DNA from: Dehalococcoidia bacterium
GTDB lineage: Bacteria; Chloroflexota; Dehalococcoidia; UBA2979
Direction: 5' to 3'
DNA length: 64,000 nucleotides
NCBI GenBank assembly: GCA_965219085.1
Contig: OZ244720.1
Coordinates: 2,368,001 to 2,432,000, forward strand
Positions 27,750-36,148 of this stretch are shown piece after piece; the stretch's first letter is position 1, and the number at the start of each line of letters is the position of its first letter. Position numbers and translations under genes: made by a program. The notes under the pieces were generated by a model. That model was not told where the DNA came from. It made no database searches and saw only the letters and a program-made list of their open reading frames with translations.

Positions 27750-28325
27750 GTGACGAGCGACGCCAGTACCACCGGCACCGCGGACGACGCGCTGAGCGCG
27801 CGCCCGACGAGGCTCGTGCGGCTGCTCTGGGACGCCTTCGACGAACTCGAACGCGTCGCCGGGGCGCTGCCGACGCCCGGCCAGGGCCGTGCGATCGGGC
27901 GGCTCAACGCCGGCAGCTGGATCGTCGCGCACGTGGCGCAGCAGCAGGACGCGTACTGGTGCACCGGCGCGCAGGGTCTCGAGCCCGACGCGTGGCTCGC
28001 AGGCCTCGAGGTCGGCTTCGGCTCGGAGCCCTCGGTGCCGGACTACCGCGAGGCACTCGACGCGTTCGCACATATCCGCGCCCGCGCGATCCCGTACCTG
28101 CGCACGCTCCGCGACGAGGACCTCGACGCGGTCACGGAGGCCTCGGACGGGTCGGGGCGCGCGCAGACGGTGGGCGACCTGCTGGTGCGCGCCGTCGCGC
28201 ACGTCTTCGTGCACACGGGCGAGCTCGCGACGATCGCCTCGCTCGTCGGAGCGCCTGACCTCGGGGCGCCTGGTCGGCTCACGCACTCGACAGCGCCACC
28301 GCCTGGCGCGGCGGGCAACGAATAG
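27750..28325 (+). CDS. DinB/YfiT-like four-helix metalloprotein
   Basis: SWIVAHVA and HVFVHTGE (H...HxxxH metal triad). Confidence 0.75.
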   Translation: MTSDASTTGTADDALSARPTRLVRLLWDAFDELERVAGALPTPGQGRAIGRLNAGSWIVAHVAQQQDAYWCTGAQGLEPDAWLAGLEVGFGSEPSVPDYREALDAFAHIRARAIPYLRTLRDEDLDAVTEASDGSGRAQTVGDLLVRAVAHVFVHTGELATIASLVGAPDLGAPGRLTHSTAPPPGAAGNE

Positions 28326-28347
28326 CCCGGGGGGTATCGCCCGGGCT
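28324..28347. terminator. hairpin between convergent genes
   Basis: AGCCCGGG-N8-CCCGGGCT. Confidence 0.5.
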
Positions 28348-28376
28348 TCGCTGTCGGTCGACCGAGGTAGCTCGGT

Positions 28377-29651
28377 CTAGACTTCCCGGACGAGCATCCC
28401 CGTGGGCTGGCGACGCCAACTGCGGAACTTCGCGTTCTTGATGCCGGCCGCCATCGCATAGTCGCGTGCGCGACGGATGAGGCCGGACGGCACGTAGATG
28501 TAGAGCGGCGCTTCGCCGTTCTCCAGGGGCGCCCACACCAGCTCTGCCTGCTGCCGCGTGACCGTCTCGCGGGTCTCGACCTGCGCGACGATGACCGGAC
28601 GGTTGCGCGGGTGCTCGACGACGACGATGTCGGGGAAGACCTGCGAGGTGGAGGCGCCGCCCGCCGTGAACTCCAGCGCCATCGTCGGCGTCGGCAGGTT
28701 CGTATACGTGCGGTACTCCGGGTGCGCCTCGTTCGGGTACTCGAAGCGGTCACGCGCGAGCTGGCGCACGACGACCTCGATCTCGAACTGGCGGGACTCC
28801 TCGCTGCGCCGCCACGGGGTACCCGCCTCGCGCCAGTCCATGACCGCGCGCTCGTGCTTGGCCGCGAACAGCCGCATGTCCTTGCCCTGCCCGTACAGGA
28901 ACAGCAGCAGAGCGAGCGGGGCGACGAGGATGGCGATCACGACGCCGAACGTGGAGGGACCGTCGACGCCCTCGAGGAGGAACTGGAGGTTCCCGACGTT
29001 GACGTCGCCGAAGCGGATGTTGTCGAGGACATCCCAGACCCCGGCGCCGCTGAAGGTCGGGCCCGGCGTGATGAAGATCGCCGCCAGCGAAACCATCAGC
29101 GCGATGAAGGCGACGAAGCTGACGGGCGACGGCAACTTGTACTGGTTCACGGCTGGGCCCGACATGTGCGGCGCCACGGCCTCGACCTGTCCGCCCCCGG
29201 CGGGAACGGGCGGGGGCGCTGCGGCGGCTGCCACCGCGGGAGCCTCCTCGGCGGGCTCGGCTTCGGCTTCGGCGGGCGCCTCAGCTTCAGCGGGGGCCTC
29301 GGCGGCCGCGGGCTCCGGCTCCGGCGCCGCCTCCTCGGCGGGCTCGGGCGCCGGCGGCGCGGCTGCGGGCGCTCCGCCGCCACCGACCTGCGAGCGGGCC
29401 GCCGTGGGGTCGTCGAACCACAGCTCGTTGATGGCGGTGAAGTGTGCCTGGTCGTCCGGCAGGTCGGGCTCGTCGAAGATCGCGTCGACGGGGCATGCGG
29501 GTTCGCACGCGCCGCAGTCGATGCAGGCCACCGGGTCGATGTAGAGCATCCGGTCTTCGCCTTCTTCGAAGTGGATGCAGTCGACCGGGCAGACCTCGAC
29601 GCAGGACTGGTCCTGCACGTCGATGCACGGTTGGGTGATGACGAACGTCAC
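28377..29651 (-). CDS. 7Fe ferredoxin fused to Pro/Ala/Glu linker, two TM helices and a PD-(D/E)xK-like C-terminal domain
   Basis: FdxA-type C-x7-C-x3-CP...CxxCxxCxxxCP; TMs SFVAFIALMVSLAAIFI and FGVVIAILVAPLALLLFLY; FPDIVVV...VAQVET; RBS GGAGGGAG. Confidence 0.8.
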   Translation of the reverse strand: MTFVITQPCIDVQDQSCVEVCPVDCIHFEEGEDRMLYIDPVACIDCGACEPACPVDAIFDEPDLPDDQAHFTAINELWFDDPTAARSQVGGGGAPAAAPPAPEPAEEAAPEPEPAAAEAPAEAEAPAEAEAEPAEEAPAVAAAAAPPPVPAGGGQVEAVAPHMSGPAVNQYKLPSPVSFVAFIALMVSLAAIFITPGPTFSGAGVWDVLDNIRFGDVNVGNLQFLLEGVDGPSTFGVVIAILVAPLALLLFLYGQGKDMRLFAAKHERAVMDWREAGTPWRRSEESRQFEIEVVVRQLARDRFEYPNEAHPEYRTYTNLPTPTMALEFTAGGASTSQVFPDIVVVEHPRNRPVIVAQVETRETVTRQQAELVWAPLENGEAPLYIYVPSGLIRRARDYAMAAGIKNAKFRSWRRQPTGMLVREV

Positions 29652-29979
29652 GCGCTGCTCTCCCTCCAGTGAGGGGATGGCTCTCGCCTGCTTCGCGCGC
29701 AATCGTATCCGCGCGCTTCGCGAGCGTCTACGCCACCCGGGCTGCGATGTGCCTCGTCGTCGGTGAGGAGACGCCGCGAGGTGCTCGCGACGGCTCCCCG
29801 CCGGAGCCCGAATCCGTGTTTTCGTCTCCGCATCGGGCTCCTCGCCGGCCCCCGATGCGCCGATCGACGCGCCCGGCCGGGCGATTGCGCAGGCCCCCCA
29901 CTACAGGTCGAGGGCTACAGGTGGTAGAACATGTGCGACCGCGCTCGCGGGAGCGCGGTACTACGGGAGGCACGCTGCA

Positions 29980-30537
29980 GTGACATTCGTCATCACCCAA
30001 CCCTGCATCGAGGTCCGCGATCAGTCCTGTGTCGAGGTGTGTCCCGTCGACTGCATCCACTTCGAAGAAGGCGAAGACCGGATGCTCTACATCGAGCCCG
30101 TCGTCTGCATCGACTGCGGCGCGTGCGAGCCCGCATGCCCGGTCAGCGCCATCTACGACGAGGCTGACGTACCCGATGACCAGGCGTTCTTCACGGAGCT
30201 CAACGTGCTCTGGTACACCGAGCCCGGTACCGTCCGCGCGCAGGTCGCCGACATCCCCGCCCTCGAGGGCGCCGAGGAGGCACGCGCCGCCGCGGAGGCG
30301 CGCGCGGCCGCGGAGGCCGCGGTGGCGGAGGCCGAGGCCGCAGCCGCCGATGAGCCCTCGCGCGGGCTCTACAAGTACGGCGAGGGCGGTGGTATCGAGG
30401 GCAAGTGCGTGCTCTGCGGCCAGTACGTCACCAAGGGCGGCGTCATGTTCCGCGCCAAGTCCGTCGCCTGCGCCGACTGCGCTGCCAGGGCCGAGCGCAT
30501 CCGCGACCCGTACCGCCAGGTCGCCGGTCGCCGCTAG
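29980..30537 (+). CDS. 7Fe ferredoxin fused to Ala/Glu helical linker and CxxC-x17-CxxC zinc ribbon
   Basis: Same FdxA-type Cys pattern; KCVLCG...ACADC; RBS GGGAGG. Confidence 0.85.
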   Translation: MTFVITQPCIEVRDQSCVEVCPVDCIHFEEGEDRMLYIEPVVCIDCGACEPACPVSAIYDEADVPDDQAFFTELNVLWYTEPGTVRAQVADIPALEGAEEARAAAEARAAAEAAVAEAEAAAADEPSRGLYKYGEGGGIEGKCVLCGQYVTKGGVMFRAKSVACADCAARAERIRDPYRQVAGRR

Positions 30538-30565
30538 GCCGCCGCGTGCGGCGCCGAGTCCGACG

Positions 30566-30751
30566 GTGAACCGCTACGTCGACGAGATGTCGCGTGAAGA
30601 CCTCGTCGAGGAGGTCAAGGATCTGCTGGTGCGCGGCGTGTTCCGCCACGACGAGGTCGCCGACCCGACGATCCTCGGGAGGGACGCGCTGCGCGCGCTC
30701 GTGAAACGCATCCGCCTCCGCATGCTGGTCGAGGGCCGTACGGCCGGCTAG
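30566..30751 (+). CDS. small hypothetical protein (61 aa)
   Basis: VNRYVDEMSREDLVEEVKDLLVRG...; typical codon usage; follows the ferredoxin-Zn gene after a 28-nt gap. Confidence 0.6.
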   Translation: MNRYVDEMSREDLVEEVKDLLVRGVFRHDEVADPTILGRDALRALVKRIRLRMLVEGRTAG

Positions 30752-31428
30752 ACGGACGTCGCGGCGCCCCCGGGCGGCGGGTTCGGCCTCCGGATCTCGA
30801 TGTACTGCCAACGCTCGTCCTCGCGGACACGGTACGAGTGCTCGCGCACACCGAGGTACGCGCGCAGGGTGGCGCGCTCGTAGTCGGCGCGCGTGAGCGT
30901 GGCCCAAACGTCGAGTGCGTCGCGGAGGGCATCGAGGATGCGGTCGCGCGGCCACGTCGGGCCGGGGTCGGCCGCGCGCGAGGCGGGCGCGGTCATGCAG
31001 TGGCCGATCACGGTCTCCTCGGACGCCACGAGCCCGAGCTCGGCGAACAGCCAGCGGTGCACGCGAATCGTTGCCTGCACCTGCGGCTCCGGCCACGGCT
31101 CGCCGCTGAAGCCCTCGTGCTCGATGCCGATCGCGTAGTCGTTCGGGTTGGCGCCATGCGGCAGCAGTGACCATCGCGGCGGCGTGTCGGGGTCGAGGCG
31201 TCCCGCGTGCCAGGCCTGCCGCCGGATCGGCACGTGCTGCACGATGCGGCCGTCGCGGCCGATCGTGAAGTGCGCGGACTTGTGTGTGACCCGAGGGCGC
31301 TCGCGCGCCCAGCGGATCATCGTCGCCTGCCAGCCCTGCATGACGTGCGACATCACGCCGCGCGGCGCGATCGCGCCGCCCACCGCCGCCGTCTCGATGC
31401 GCTCGACGCCCGGCATCCACTCCGCCAC
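30748..31428 (-). CDS. N-acetylmuramoyl-L-alanine amidase (Amidase_2 fold)
   Basis: SAHFTIGRDGRIVQHV, AWHAG, N..AIGIEHEG, IGH...DPG. Confidence 0.85.
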   Translation of the reverse strand: MAEWMPGVERIETAAVGGAIAPRGVMSHVMQGWQATMIRWARERPRVTHKSAHFTIGRDGRIVQHVPIRRQAWHAGRLDPDTPPRWSLLPHGANPNDYAIGIEHEGFSGEPWPEPQVQATIRVHRWLFAELGLVASEETVIGHCMTAPASRAADPGPTWPRDRILDALRDALDVWATLTRADYERATLRAYLGVREHSYRVREDERWQYIEIRRPNPPPGGAATSV

Positions 31429-31527
31429 CTGTACCGCCTTCCCGTGCGACCGGCAGTCACCGTACTGGCGCGGGCGCGGGCATCCGAGGGGCGGTTGGCA
31501 CTGTGACTCTGTCGCGCGGGAGCGCTG

Positions 31528-32883
31528 CTACGTCGTCGGGGTCGGGGCGGCGGACTCCTCCTCGAGGTAGGGCAGGATCGCGTCCATGAGGTCCGTCTCC
31601 GAGTCGAGCGTGCGCCCGATGCCGGAGAGCAGGCCCATCACGCGCGCGATCAGCACCACGTCGCCGGGCACCTCGACGAGCGGGTTGGCGCGCAGCACGC
31701 GGCCGAGCCGCAGGTTGACCTCGGCGAACAGTTGCTGGTCCGCGTAGGCCCGGCCGGAGCGCAGCACGTCGCCGAGGAACGCCTCGCCGAGCTCGTAGTA
31801 GGTCTCGTCGTCGCGGACTCGGGTGCGGAAGCCCATGTCCTCCATCGCGGTGGAGATCTCCGCGCGGTGCTGCGCGATGATCGCGCTCGTGAGCACCACC
31901 ACCTGCTGCCGGAACTCGTCCGGCAGCCGCTTCGTCAGCCCGAAGTCGACGAGGCCGATGCGCGCCGGCTCGCCGTTGCGCGGCGGCAGCACGAACAGGT
32001 TGCCGGGGTGCGGGTCGGCGTGGAACACGCCGTACCGCAGGATCGTCACGTTGTAGATGTCGATCAGCGCTGCGGCGATGGCCGCGGTGTCGATGCCCAG
32101 CTCGCGCAGCTCCTCGACGTTCGTGATCTTGATGCCGTCGAGGTAGTCCATCGTCAGCACGCGGAGGCTCGAGCGCTCCCAGTAGATGCGCGGCACGAGC
32201 ACGTCGTCGCGGTCGGCGAGCAGCGCCGCGATCTCCTCGGCGGCCCGTCCCTCGTGCTCGAAGTCGATCTCATCGGGCGCGTTGCGCTCGAGCTCCTGGG
32301 CGAGCGGGCGGAAGTCGATCACGGTCTCGATGCGCGCCCAGATCGACGTCAGCCAGCGGATCGTCTCGATGTCCCACGCGACGATGCGGTCGATGCCGGG
32401 GTACTGGACCTTCACGGCCACGTCGGTGCCGTCGTGCAGCCGCGCGCGGTAGACCTGCGCGAGCGAGGCGGCGGCGACCGGCTCGCGGTCGAACTCCGCG
32501 TACAGCTCGTCGACGGGTCCGCCCAGTTCGCGCTCGATGAGCGGCTGCATCTCCTCCCACGGCCGCGGCGGGACGCCGTCGTGGACCAGCGACATCGTCT
32601 CCACGTACTCCTCGCGGAGGATGTCGGCGCGGCTGCCGAGGAACTGCACGGCCTTGATGATCAGCCCCTGTTGCTTCACCGAGCGGCGCACGACGGCGCG
32701 CGCGGCGCCGAGGTGGAAGCGCGCGGTCTGCTCGGGCAGGTCGGAGCGGCGCAGCCGCCGCATGATGCGCAGCCAGCGCCAGCGCAGCCACAGCAGCACC
32801 ACCGTGACGGCCATCAGCACGAAGCGCCGCCATCGGCCCGAGGGCGGCCGGGGCGGATCGGCGATTGGTGCGTGCGTCATCAC
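31528..32883 (-). CDS. ABC1/UbiB family atypical kinase
   Basis: AAASLAQVYRA, VAVKVQYPG, FHADPHPGN, VDFG. Confidence 0.92.
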   Translation of the reverse strand: MMTHAPIADPPRPPSGRWRRFVLMAVTVVLLWLRWRWLRIMRRLRRSDLPEQTARFHLGAARAVVRRSVKQQGLIIKAVQFLGSRADILREEYVETMSLVHDGVPPRPWEEMQPLIERELGGPVDELYAEFDREPVAAASLAQVYRARLHDGTDVAVKVQYPGIDRIVAWDIETIRWLTSIWARIETVIDFRPLAQELERNAPDEIDFEHEGRAAEEIAALLADRDDVLVPRIYWERSSLRVLTMDYLDGIKITNVEELRELGIDTAAIAAALIDIYNVTILRYGVFHADPHPGNLFVLPPRNGEPARIGLVDFGLTKRLPDEFRQQVVVLTSAIIAQHRAEISTAMEDMGFRTRVRDDETYYELGEAFLGDVLRSGRAYADQQLFAEVNLRLGRVLRANPLVEVPGDVVLIARVMGLLSGIGRTLDSETDLMDAILPYLEEESAAPTPTT

Positions 32884-32942
32884 GCTATCCCCTCGACGCG
32901 CCCCTCGACGCGTGGGCGGGGCGTTGCGTTACGATCGTAGCG

Positions 32943-34145
32943 ATGGCGATCTTCAATCCGTTCCTGCCCTCGTACCAGGCCAACCCGTATCCGGCCTACG
33001 CGGCGCTGCGCGCCGAGGACCCGGTGCACTTTAGCGCCGCCATCCAGGCCTGGGTGCTCACGGCCTACGAGGACTGCGAGCGCGTGCTCCGCGACGTGGA
33101 GACGTTCTCGTCGAGCTCGTACACCGCCTCGGGCCAGCTCGCGACGGCGCTGCAACAGCAGCGGCGCGAGTTCCCGCTGGGCGAGGCGCCGACCGTGCTC
33201 AACTCGGACCCGCCCGTGCACACTCGCCTCCGCACGCTGCTCAACCGCGCGTTCACCCCGCGCGCCATCGAGGGCCTGCGCGCGCACATCGAGGAGATCG
33301 CCGCCTCGCTGCTCGCCGGCGCGGACCGCGCGGGCGGGCGCTTCGACGCCGTGACAGGCTTCGCGCAACCCCTCCCAATCATCGTAATCGCGGAGCTCCT
33401 CGGAGTCCCACCGGGTGATCGCGATCAACTCAAGGAGTGGTCGACGGCCATCGCGAACACGACGAACGTGCTCAACACCGAGGGGGCGCTCGAAGCCGCG
33501 CGTCAGGCCACCGTCGAGCTCATCGCCTACATGGACGAGGTGGTCGCCCAGCGCCGCACCGCTCCGGGCGCCGACATCATGACCGCGCTCGTGCAGGCCG
33601 AGGAGGGCGGCGACCGCCTCTCACACGACGAGCTGCTGGCGTTCTCGATCCTGCTCCTCCTCGCTGGCCACGAGACGACGACGAACCTCATCGGCAACGG
33701 CCTGCTCGCCCTGACCGAGCACCCGGAGCAGGCTGCGCGCCTCCGTGCGGACCCAGACCTGCTGCCCTCGGCCGTCGAGGAGTTCCTGCGCTACGACAGC
33801 AGTGTGCAGGGCGCGGTGCGCTTCGCGCGCCAGACCGCCGAGGTCGGCGGCCGCACCATCGAGCAGGGCTCCACGCTGCTGCTGCTCGTGGGCGCCGCAA
33901 ACCGCGACCCGGCGCAGTTCCCCGATCCCGACGCGCTCGATGTCGCGCGTTCGCCGAACCGCCACCTCGCGTTCGGTCGAGGCATCCACTTCTGCCTCGG
34001 CGCGCCGCTCGCCCGGCTCGAGGGCGATGTCGCGTTCAGGGCGCTCCTCGAACGCTTCCCGGAGCTGCGGGTCGCCGAGGGAGGCGCGGAGCGCAGCGGC
34101 ACGCTGGTGTTGCGGGGCATAGGCAAGCTCGAACTCGAGGTCTGA
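32943..34145 (+). CDS. cytochrome P450
   Basis: DPPVHTRLR, AGHETT, EFLR, HLAFGRGIHFCLG. Confidence 0.95.
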   Translation: MAIFNPFLPSYQANPYPAYAALRAEDPVHFSAAIQAWVLTAYEDCERVLRDVETFSSSSYTASGQLATALQQQRREFPLGEAPTVLNSDPPVHTRLRTLLNRAFTPRAIEGLRAHIEEIAASLLAGADRAGGRFDAVTGFAQPLPIIVIAELLGVPPGDRDQLKEWSTAIANTTNVLNTEGALEAARQATVELIAYMDEVVAQRRTAPGADIMTALVQAEEGGDRLSHDELLAFSILLLLAGHETTTNLIGNGLLALTEHPEQAARLRADPDLLPSAVEEFLRYDSSVQGAVRFARQTAEVGGRTIEQGSTLLLLVGAANRDPAQFPDPDALDVARSPNRHLAFGRGIHFCLGAPLARLEGDVAFRALLERFPELRVAEGGAERSGTLVLRGIGKLELEV

Positions 34146-34190
34146 GGTCCCGCCTCGGTCCCGGCGAAGCGCGACAGGGGGCAGTCCATC

Positions 34191-34559
34191 GTGAGCGACG
34201 AGGCGACCGGCTACGACCGCGACAACGTGTTCGCACGCATCCTGCGCGACGAGATCCCGAGCGACCGCGTCCATGAGGACGATGAGTTTGTCGCGTTCCG
34301 CGACATCAACCCCGCCGCCCCGACGCACATCGTGCTGATCCCGCGCGGCGAGCCCCCCGCAGGCCCGGCGGACCTCGTGGACGGCGACGCGGGCTGGGTG
34401 GGTCGCATGCTCGTGGTCGCGTCACGCATCGCCGCGCAGGAAGGGCTCGCCGAGGGCGGCTACCGGCTGGTCGTGAACAACGGCCCGGACGCCGGCCAGG
34501 AGGTGCAACACCTCCACATGCACATCCTCGGCGGCGGCGAGCTCGGGCCGATCGCCTGA
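34191..34559 (+). CDS. HIT family nucleotide-binding protein
   Basis: FRDINPAAPTH, HLHMH triad. Confidence 0.92.
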   Translation: MSDEATGYDRDNVFARILRDEIPSDRVHEDDEFVAFRDINPAAPTHIVLIPRGEPPAGPADLVDGDAGWVGRMLVVASRIAAQEGLAEGGYRLVVNNGPDAGQEVQHLHMHILGGGELGPIA

Positions 34560-34641
34560 CCTCGGCTCGACATCGGGACGCCCTCGAGGTTGGGTGGCGC
34601 GTCGCGGCGTGGGCGCGTTGTACCCTACGGTCGCCGCGAGG

Positions 34642-34718
34642 GGGCCCGTAGCTCAGCGGCCTAGAGCAGTCGGCTCATAACCGATCGGTCCCAGGTTCGA
34701 ATCCTGGCGGGCCTACCA
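34642..34718 (+). tRNA. tRNA with CAU anticodon, most likely tRNA-Ile2 (lysidine)
   Basis: Cloverleaf GGGCCCG/CGGGCCT; anticodon arm GTCGG-CTCATAA-CCGAT; lacks initiator GGG/CCC stem; resembles known Ile2 tRNAs; encoded CCA. Confidence 0.9.
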
Positions 34719-34866
34719 CAGTCCACTCGACACAGGGAGTCGGCATTCCGGCCCGTTGGGGTCGCGAGGATTCCGTTCTTCAAACCCTGCACACCCCCAC
34801 GGCCTCCACGCTATGCTTGGTTTGCTCAGCTACCGGCTGCGCGAGGAGGTAGGGCTGCACTCTGCC

Positions 34867-35514
34867 ATGGCCGACAACAGATTCGTCGGGATTGCTCTCA
34901 TCCTCCTGGGGTTGTGGTTCCTGTTGCCACTGGTGAGCGGCGTCGAACTCCCGCTGGCGCAGTGGTGGCCGGTATTCCTTGTGGGCGCCGGACTCGCCGC
35001 CGCCTTCAGCGGAAATTGGAGGGGCGGCGTTACGGTGATTGCGGTAGGGGCCGCATTTCTCCTGTCTCACCTGGGCATTCTCAGCTTCGACGCCTCATCT
35101 CTCTGGCCAGTAGCGCTCATCGTTATCGGTGCGGCCATCATCGTCAGTTACCGGCGCCCCGGCGCCGGCACAGTTCCTGGGGCAGGCGATGCGCTCAACG
35201 TGGCCAGCCTCTTCTCCAGTAGCAACCAGGTCCGTGGCGGCGAGCACTTCCGCGGCGGCAACGTCTCCGCCACGTTCGGGAGTGCGGAGATAGATCTCCG
35301 CGCTGCTACTGTGGTTGACGGCGTGGCCGCAGTCAACGCGAGCGTGCTCTTCGGCCGCATCGACCTCCGGGTTCCAGCCGACTGGGCGGTCGATGTGCGC
35401 TCATCCGCCACCTTCGGAAGTATTGAATCACGGCGGGCGGAACCCTCCGAACCACGAGCCAGGCTCACTGTCACAGGCTCCTGTCTGTTCGGCGCGATAC
35501 TCATCACGTCCTGA
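34867..35514 (+). CDS. LiaF-like membrane protein (TM repeats + C-terminal beta-rich domain)
   Basis: WWPVFLV and SLWPVALIVIG repeats; FGSAEIDLR, FGRIDLRVPADW. Confidence 0.8.
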   Translation: MADNRFVGIALILLGLWFLLPLVSGVELPLAQWWPVFLVGAGLAAAFSGNWRGGVTVIAVGAAFLLSHLGILSFDASSLWPVALIVIGAAIIVSYRRPGAGTVPGAGDALNVASLFSSSNQVRGGEHFRGGNVSATFGSAEIDLRAATVVDGVAAVNASVLFGRIDLRVPADWAVDVRSSATFGSIESRRAEPSEPRARLTVTGSCLFGAILITS

Positions 35515-35673
35515 ACGGCAGCCAGTCCACCGGCTGCACGAGCGAGGAGCAGTTGGCGACGTGGATCCGTCAGGCGGCCGCCCTGCCCGGCTGGCGAGGC
35601 TTCTGACAACGCAGGGCCCGCCAGCTCGGACGGGAGGTTCGCTGGGCCTGCTTCGCTCGAGCGGCGGTACAGC

Positions 35674-36072
35674 CTACCCACCTGCCCGGGCCCGGACCTC
35701 GCACTCCAGGCATTCGTCCATGACCACCATCAGGCCGGCGTCCCGCGCCGCCGATGCACCCTCGTGGTTCACCACACCCCGCTGCATCCAGACCGCGCGT
35801 GCCCCGACTCGTATGGCTTCGGCGACGATCGCCGGAACCTCCTCGGAGCGTCTGAAGATGTCGACGGCGTCCACGGGCTCCGGAATCGAGGCAAGGTCGG
35901 GGTAGCACTGCTCGCCGAGGATCTCCGTTGCCGCGGGGTTCACCGGAATGATGCGGAGGCCCTGTTCCTGGAGGTATTGCGCTACTCCGTAGCTGTCCCG
36001 CTCGGGGCGGGGTGACAGGCCGACGACCGCAACGGTCCTGCATGATTCGAGCACCCGGTCGATATCATTCAT
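35674..36072 (-). CDS. CoA-binding protein (YccU-like)
   Basis: VAVVGLSP, IIPVNP, VDIFRR, VWMQ.G, VVMDEC. Confidence 0.9.
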   Translation of the reverse strand: MNDIDRVLESCRTVAVVGLSPRPERDSYGVAQYLQEQGLRIIPVNPAATEILGEQCYPDLASIPEPVDAVDIFRRSEEVPAIVAEAIRVGARAVWMQRGVVNHEGASAARDAGLMVVMDECLECEVRARAGG

Positions 36073-36148
36073 GCCACGCCTCCGTAGTCGAACTCCACCC
36101 TCCAGCGCACGACTATACGCGCGCAGGACACGGCCACCCGGGCAGGCG

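Noticed and set aside
29927-29938. GAAC half-site upstream of the ferredoxin-Zn gene
   Set aside because: The second half (GCGA) does not match GTTC.
34642-34718. Calling the CAU tRNA initiator Met
   Set aside because: Lacks the C1:A72 mismatch and the three G-C pairs in the anticodon stem.
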